Of a stretch of DNA of 64,000 bases, positions 59,406 to 64,000 are shown one piece after another. Every line of letters starts with the position of its first letter. Positions within the stretch are counted from its first letter, which is position 1. Both the position numbers and the translations under genes were made by a program. Where the stretch lies: positions 32,708 to 96,707 of the forward strand of contig NZ_JBMOGQ010000001.1 of NCBI RefSeq assembly GCF_049318325.1. Direction: 5' to 3'. Source of the stretch: Flavobacterium sp. GTDB taxonomy: Bacteria; Bacteroidota; Bacteroidia; Flavobacteriales; Flavobacteriaceae. The notes below the pieces were generated by a model. That model had not been told where the DNA came from, searched no databases, and worked only from the letters and a program-made list of their open reading frames with translations.

Positions 59406-59411
59406 AAGATA

Positions 59412-60395
59412 CTAGTGGATATAACTTTTAAAATTCTTATGATCTTCTTTTAAAAGTTCTTCAGATGAAAGTGATTTGAAATATTCGTAGGTTAATTTCA
59501 TTCCTTCTTCTCGTGAAACTTTGGCTTCCCAACCTAATATTTCTTTTGCTCGAGTTGTATCAGGTTGGCGTTGCATTGGATCATTAATTGGCAAAGGATA
59601 GTAAACAACTTTTTGAGTAGTGCCAGTCAATTTAATTATTTCATCTGCAAAATCTTTAATCGTAATCTCGTTTGGATTACCAACGTTTACAGGCTGAGAA
59701 TAATCTGAATGAAGTAACCTGTATATACCTTCTACTTGATCGGTGACATAGCAAAAGGAACGGGTTTGACTTCCGTCTCCAAAGATGGTCAAATCTTCAC
59801 CACGTAATGCTTGTCCAATGAAGGCCGGAATAACTCGACCATCATTCAATCGCATTCTTGGTCCATAAGTATTAAATATTCTAACTATTCTTGTTTCTAC
59901 ACCGTGAAACGTGTGGTAAGCCATTGTGATTGATTCCTGAAAACGTTTGGCTTCATCATAAACACCTCTTGGTCCGATTGTGTTAACGTTACCATAGTAA
60001 TCTTCTGTTTGCGGATGCACTAATGGATCGCCATAAATTTCAGAAGTTGAGGCTATAAGAATTCTGGCTTTTTTTACTCGGGCTAACCCTAAAAGGTTAT
60101 GTGTTCCAAGTGAACCAACCTTTAAGGTTTGAATTGGAATTTTTAAATAATCTATGGGACTTGCCGGAGATGCAAAATGAAGAATATAATCTAAATGTCC
60201 AGGTAAGTGAACAAATTTGGTAACATCGTGATGATAAAATTCAAAATTTTGAAGTTTAAATAAATGCTCGATATTCTTTAAATCGCCTGTTATCAAATTA
60301 TCCATTCCGATAACAGAATAGCCTTCTGCTATAAAACGATCACAAAGATGTGAGCCCAAGAAACCCGCTGCACCTGTAATTAATATTCTTTTCAT
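59412..60395 (-). CDS. UDP-glucuronate decarboxylase family SDR
   Basis: [31 protein letters not shown]. Confidence 0.92.
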   Translation of the reverse strand: MKRILITGAAGFLGSHLCDRFIAEGYSVIGMDNLITGDLKNIEHLFKLQNFEFYHHDVTKFVHLPGHLDYILHFASPASPIDYLKIPIQTLKVGSLGTHNLLGLARVKKARILIASTSEIYGDPLVHPQTEDYYGNVNTIGPRGVYDEAKRFQESITMAYHTFHGVETRIVRIFNTYGPRMRLNDGRVIPAFIGQALRGEDLTIFGDGSQTRSFCYVTDQVEGIYRLLHSDYSQPVNVGNPNEITIKDFADEIIKLTGTTQKVVYYPLPINDPMQRQPDTTRAKEILGWEAKVSREEGMKLTYEYFKSLSSEELLKEDHKNFKSYIH

Positions 60396-60401
60396 ATTTT
60401 C

Positions 60402-61772
60402 TTATTCTGCTTTGGAGCTATTTTGAATATCCTGAACCTTCGGAACAGAATTAAAAAGGCAATACATCATGGTAAAAAACACAACTCCTCTTTGTCTCCA
60501 TAGAAATGATTCTGTCAAAAATAAACTTATCATTAGAATTGCGAAAGCAAAATGTATAAAATCTTTAGTTTTAAATGCATTTTTTACGTTAACAAATAGC
60601 ATTATTACTATCAATAAAAAACCAAAAAAACCTAATTCAGCGAAATTTTGAACATATTGGTTGTGAAAATTCTTCGATTGATAACCACTATCTGGGTCGT
60701 TTTCAACCCCCATATAAAGATTGTACTGAATCGCTTTTTCTTTTATTTTCGAATAAGAAGCATTCAATCCGAACCCTGTTAAGAATGCATTATTTTCATT
60801 CATCAACTCAGTAAAAATTCTAAATTGATAAACCCTAAAGGCTGTTCCATTGAAGTAATCATTAGGTGTAAACGTTGGGTTTGACCATGCTTCTTTCAAA
60901 CTCACATAATACACTCTAGGTGGAATTCCTTCAACTACGGATGTGCTTAAGCTTTTGTCTGTGTTTGTTTGGAATTCTTCTTTAAATCGGTTTTTTATTC
61001 TTCCGATTGAAAAGAGTATTACAATTAGTAATCCAAAAACAATTAGGTTTCTTAACCTTAATTTGTTTGCTGTTTTCGAAAAAAAGAATATGTTTATAAG
61101 TGATAGTACTATAACAACGAGTATGATATTTTTGGAAGAGAGCAGTAATATAAATCCGAAAAGTAAAATAGAAAATATGGTATCAGCTTTAGATTTTATT
61201 TCTTTAGTAAAAAAATAAAAGAAAGCAATGGCCACAAAAACCGATATATGAATAGCATTCAGCAGTTTTGGAACAAGTCCGTAATCTTTATCATTTTCTC
61301 CATGATAAAAGAACATTCTTGCATCTCCAAATATAAAATAGCGAATTATGGCTCTGAACAAATAATACAAAACAAATGCAACGATGACATAGCTGTAATA
61401 TTCTATGATCTTTCTTTTTTGGGCTGATGTATTTGTTTTAAAAATTATAAAACCCAATGGAATTAATAGTAATGGGACTTCTTTTGATAAAGCGGAAAGT
61501 GTTTCTTTCGAATCTATAGACCAAAAAAAAGAAATAACCATTAAAGCATAAAGCAAGACCGGAAAAATCAACTCTTTTTGTAGTTTGATATTTTCCTTTT
61601 TTAAAGTAATAAAAGAAACCAACAAAAATATTCCTAAAGAAATATTGTTAATTGCAAATGACAAAGGGATGGTAGAAAGTACTAAAAGTATTGGAATAAA
61701 AGAGTTGTTACTTTTATTTTCTTTTAACAGATTTTGAATAACATTCTTCGAAAAGTTGTAAATATTCTCCAT
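60402..61772 (-). CDS. O-antigen ligase / Wzy-C family membrane protein
   Basis: Multi-TM; GFG..HNQYVQ..ELG. Confidence 0.82.
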   Translation of the reverse strand: MENIYNFSKNVIQNLLKENKSNNSFIPILLVLSTIPLSFAINNISLGIFLLVSFITLKKENIKLQKELIFPVLLYALMVISFFWSIDSKETLSALSKEVPLLLIPLGFIIFKTNTSAQKRKIIEYYSYVIVAFVLYYLFRAIIRYFIFGDARMFFYHGENDKDYGLVPKLLNAIHISVFVAIAFFYFFTKEIKSKADTIFSILLFGFILLLSSKNIILVVIVLSLINIFFFSKTANKLRLRNLIVFGLLIVILFSIGRIKNRFKEEFQTNTDKSLSTSVVEGIPPRVYYVSLKEAWSNPTFTPNDYFNGTAFRVYQFRIFTELMNENNAFLTGFGLNASYSKIKEKAIQYNLYMGVENDPDSGYQSKNFHNQYVQNFAELGFFGFLLIVIMLFVNVKNAFKTKDFIHFAFAILMISLFLTESFLWRQRGVVFFTMMYCLFNSVPKVQDIQNSSKAE

Positions 61773-62820
61773 TTATTTTTTCCCAATTAAATTCGTTCAC
61801 AATCGAATCAAAATTGTTTTGAACCAATCGCAAGTTATCATTTTTTTTGATTGTATTTAGAATATTTTTTACCTCATACGAATTGGAGAAATAATAGCTG
61901 TTCTCCTTTAAAATTCCTTTATTAAAATCATTGTTATGTGCAATTACTAATGCTTTAGAGGCCATTGCTTCTAACAAAGATGGGTTAGTTCCGCCAACAG
62001 AGTGTCCGTGAAAATAGATATTAGAAAAATAACGAAGGTTATTCAAGTTTTCCAAGTTATAAATTCCGCCTACGAATCGAATATTCGAATGATCTTTGAA
62101 TTTGTTTTTTAAATATTCACCGTATTTAGTCATGTGTTTTCCAACGACTAATATTGGCATTTTATCTTCATTCATCGCTACGCCTTCCAGAACCATATCT
62201 AAATTGTTTTCAGGTTCAAAACGCGCCATTATCATGTTGAAATTTTCTTTTTCTACGTCGTATTGCTTTAAAACATCTTCGTTTGGAGTAGAAAAAGGAT
62301 TGGCACCATAAGCGATATATGTAGACTCTTTTTTATATTTCCATTGAAGAAACTTTTGGATTCCTAATGAATCTGAAACCAAAAAGTCACTATTATTTGC
62401 TGCTAACCTTTCAGCAAACTTTAGAAATTGTTGTACCGGTTTAGAGTATTTTGTTCTTTTCCACTCTAATCCATCCATATTGGTAATGATGATTGATTTT
62501 TTAGGTAATAAAAAATGCCAAACCGAATTGCTTGTATATCCCAATTGCAAAATGATATCAAAGTCTCTGTTGCGCGAATCCATGATACAATTGTAATCAT
62601 AAATGAATTGCCCGAAGGTTCCCAATTTATATTCCGGGTCGTATTGATGAATAATGTTTACTCCGTGAAAGTCTTTTTCCTGAAATGGATGGTCATGTGA
62701 ATTATAGCAATACACCTCGTGCCCATTTTGGGCAAGATAAACTGAAAAAAATTCAGCAAACTGCTCAAAACCTCCGTAATAATTGGGTACGCCACGGGTT
62801 CCTAGTATGGCTATTTTCAT
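61714..62820 (-). CDS. Glycosyltransferase (DUF1972 + GT4)
   Basis: GTRGVPNYYGGFE, NMDGLEWKR, HGHSVGGTNPSLLEAM. Confidence 0.9.
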   Translation of the reverse strand: MKIAILGTRGVPNYYGGFEQFAEFFSVYLAQNGHEVYCYNSHDHPFQEKDFHGVNIIHQYDPEYKLGTFGQFIYDYNCIMDSRNRDFDIILQLGYTSNSVWHFLLPKKSIIITNMDGLEWKRTKYSKPVQQFLKFAERLAANNSDFLVSDSLGIQKFLQWKYKKESTYIAYGANPFSTPNEDVLKQYDVEKENFNMIMARFEPENNLDMVLEGVAMNEDKMPILVVGKHMTKYGEYLKNKFKDHSNIRFVGGIYNLENLNNLRYFSNIYFHGHSVGGTNPSLLEAMASKALVIAHNNDFNKGILKENSYYFSNSYEVKNILNTIKKNDNLRLVQNNFDSIVNEFNWEKINGEYLQLFEECYSKSVKRK

Positions 62821-63001
62821 GAAGACAACTCTTTTGAAGTCACAAAAATAGGAAAATACAATACTAATTAAATAGCTTTAATTGCAAAATATTTTTATTG
62901 TTCTTTTTTATTACATGTACTATGAGCATTTATGATTTTAATCATGTTTTTTATAAACTTTTAATTTCTATTTTTGTAGACCTAAAATAAATGTTCTTGC
63001 T

Positions 63002-63778
63002 ATGATAAATTTTGATATTCTTGAAAAAAATTTAGATTCGTTACGTACTCAATATTTAACCGCTCAACCATTTCCACATCTTATTATTGATGATTTTTGT
63101 GATGAAGAAAAATTAAACAAGGCATATAATTCTGTTCCAGAATTAAATAACAAAAGTCGTGACTATGCATTTGCAAATAACAAATTTGAAAAGTCGAATT
63201 ATAAAGAAATTTGCCCTGAGTTTTTAGAGTTGTATAATGATTTGTCTTCGGAGAGGTTTAATAAAATCTTAACCCATATTACTGCTAAAAAAACTTTTGT
63301 TGATCCAAAAAATTTTGGGGGTGGCTTGCACCAAGGAAAGAAAAACAGCTTTTTAGATATGCACTTGGATTTTAATTATCATCCAATGAACAAAAACTGG
63401 TATCGAGAATTAAATTTATTGTTATACTTAAACAAAGATTGGAAACCAGAATATAAAGGGGAATTAAAAATCAAAGACTTAAGAACTAATGAAGAAGCTG
63501 AATTAGCTGTGCCTTTTAATCGCTTGATTATTCAACAATGTGGACCCTACACTCTTCACGGGTATGACATGACCAACTTCCCTGATGGAAGATTTAGAAC
63601 TTCGATAGCAACTTACGCCTATCAAGTTCATGAACGTTTAATTGAAACTCCAAGAACTACGGATTGGTTTCCTAAGGAAGATGCTTCTTTTTTGAAAAAG
63701 CAATTTGCTAAAAATTACAATTTTTTAGTTAAAACAAAAAACAAATTCTTTGGAAGCGCTACAGCTAAAAATCAATAA
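63002..63778 (+). CDS. 2OG-Fe(II) oxygenase
   Basis: PFPH, GGGLH, H-x-D (HLDFN), NLLLYLN, distal HG and R-x-S; TATTTTTG promoter at 62969-62976. Confidence 0.85.
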   Translation: MINFDILEKNLDSLRTQYLTAQPFPHLIIDDFCDEEKLNKAYNSVPELNNKSRDYAFANNKFEKSNYKEICPEFLELYNDLSSERFNKILTHITAKKTFVDPKNFGGGLHQGKKNSFLDMHLDFNYHPMNKNWYRELNLLLYLNKDWKPEYKGELKIKDLRTNEEAELAVPFNRLIIQQCGPYTLHGYDMTNFPDGRFRTSIATYAYQVHERLIETPRTTDWFPKEDASFLKKQFAKNYNFLVKTKNKFFGSATAKNQ

Positions 63779-63785
63779 GAAAATT

Positions 63786-64000
63786 TTAAAGTAGATTATA
63801 ACCCTTTATTGTTTCTTCTGCTGTTTTTTCCCAGGTATAGTTTTCTAATATTTTCTGTTTTAGTTCGGGATTTACTGGTGAATTATAAGCCAAATCTATC
63901 GCGTTTTTGATTGAGGCCACATCATCTGGTTTGCAGTAAAAGGCATAATCCTCAAAGTAGTCTTCTGTATCACCTTTTTTGGTAACTACAATATTGCAGC
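63786..64000 (-). CDS. Glycosyltransferase family 4, C-terminal part (truncated by window)
   Basis: Translates CNIVVTKKGDTEDYF..PDDVASI..YTWEKTAEETIKGYNLL*; not in the ORF track. Confidence 0.8.
   Translation of the reverse strand, partial: CNIVVTKKGDTEDYFEDYAFYCKPDDVASIKNAIDLAYNSPVNPELKQKILENYTWEKTAEETIKGYNLL

Noticed and set aside
1818-62700. Short antisense or overlapping ORFs in the track (e.g. 1818-2132, 37755-38240, 19342-19635, 48881-49105)
   Set aside because: They are shadows of well-supported genes on the other strand or frame, with no recognisable motifs.

Overview
AT-rich chromosomal window from a Bacteroidota bacterium, most likely Flavobacterium (TAnnTTTG promoters, no Shine-Dalgarno sites, T9SS substrates, sprE next to a split atp operon). 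Mostly core genes: PBP1A tail, scoA/scoB, S8 protease, a heme cluster (hemACDEFB / AraC-hemH-hemJ), acyl-ACP desaturase operon, recA, trpS, dprA, a dut-EnvC operon, atpBEFHAG, sprE, upp, purD and the start of a surface-polysaccharide locus. No tRNA, rRNA, CRISPR array, transposase or phage gene was seen. The main unexplained signal is a set of about 10 small elements at gene boundaries, most built from two inverted arms of 7-9-bp periodic repeats. One is 'occupied': octamer arms flank a four-helix-bundle (IVP/Avd-like) gene between scoA and scoB. An 'empty' copy with the same octamer lies between atpA and atpG. The window also holds two unannotated gene-loss scars (ogt, probable ECF sigma) and a REP-like in-frame insert in dprA. 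Family names are recognised from memory of motifs, not from database searches.
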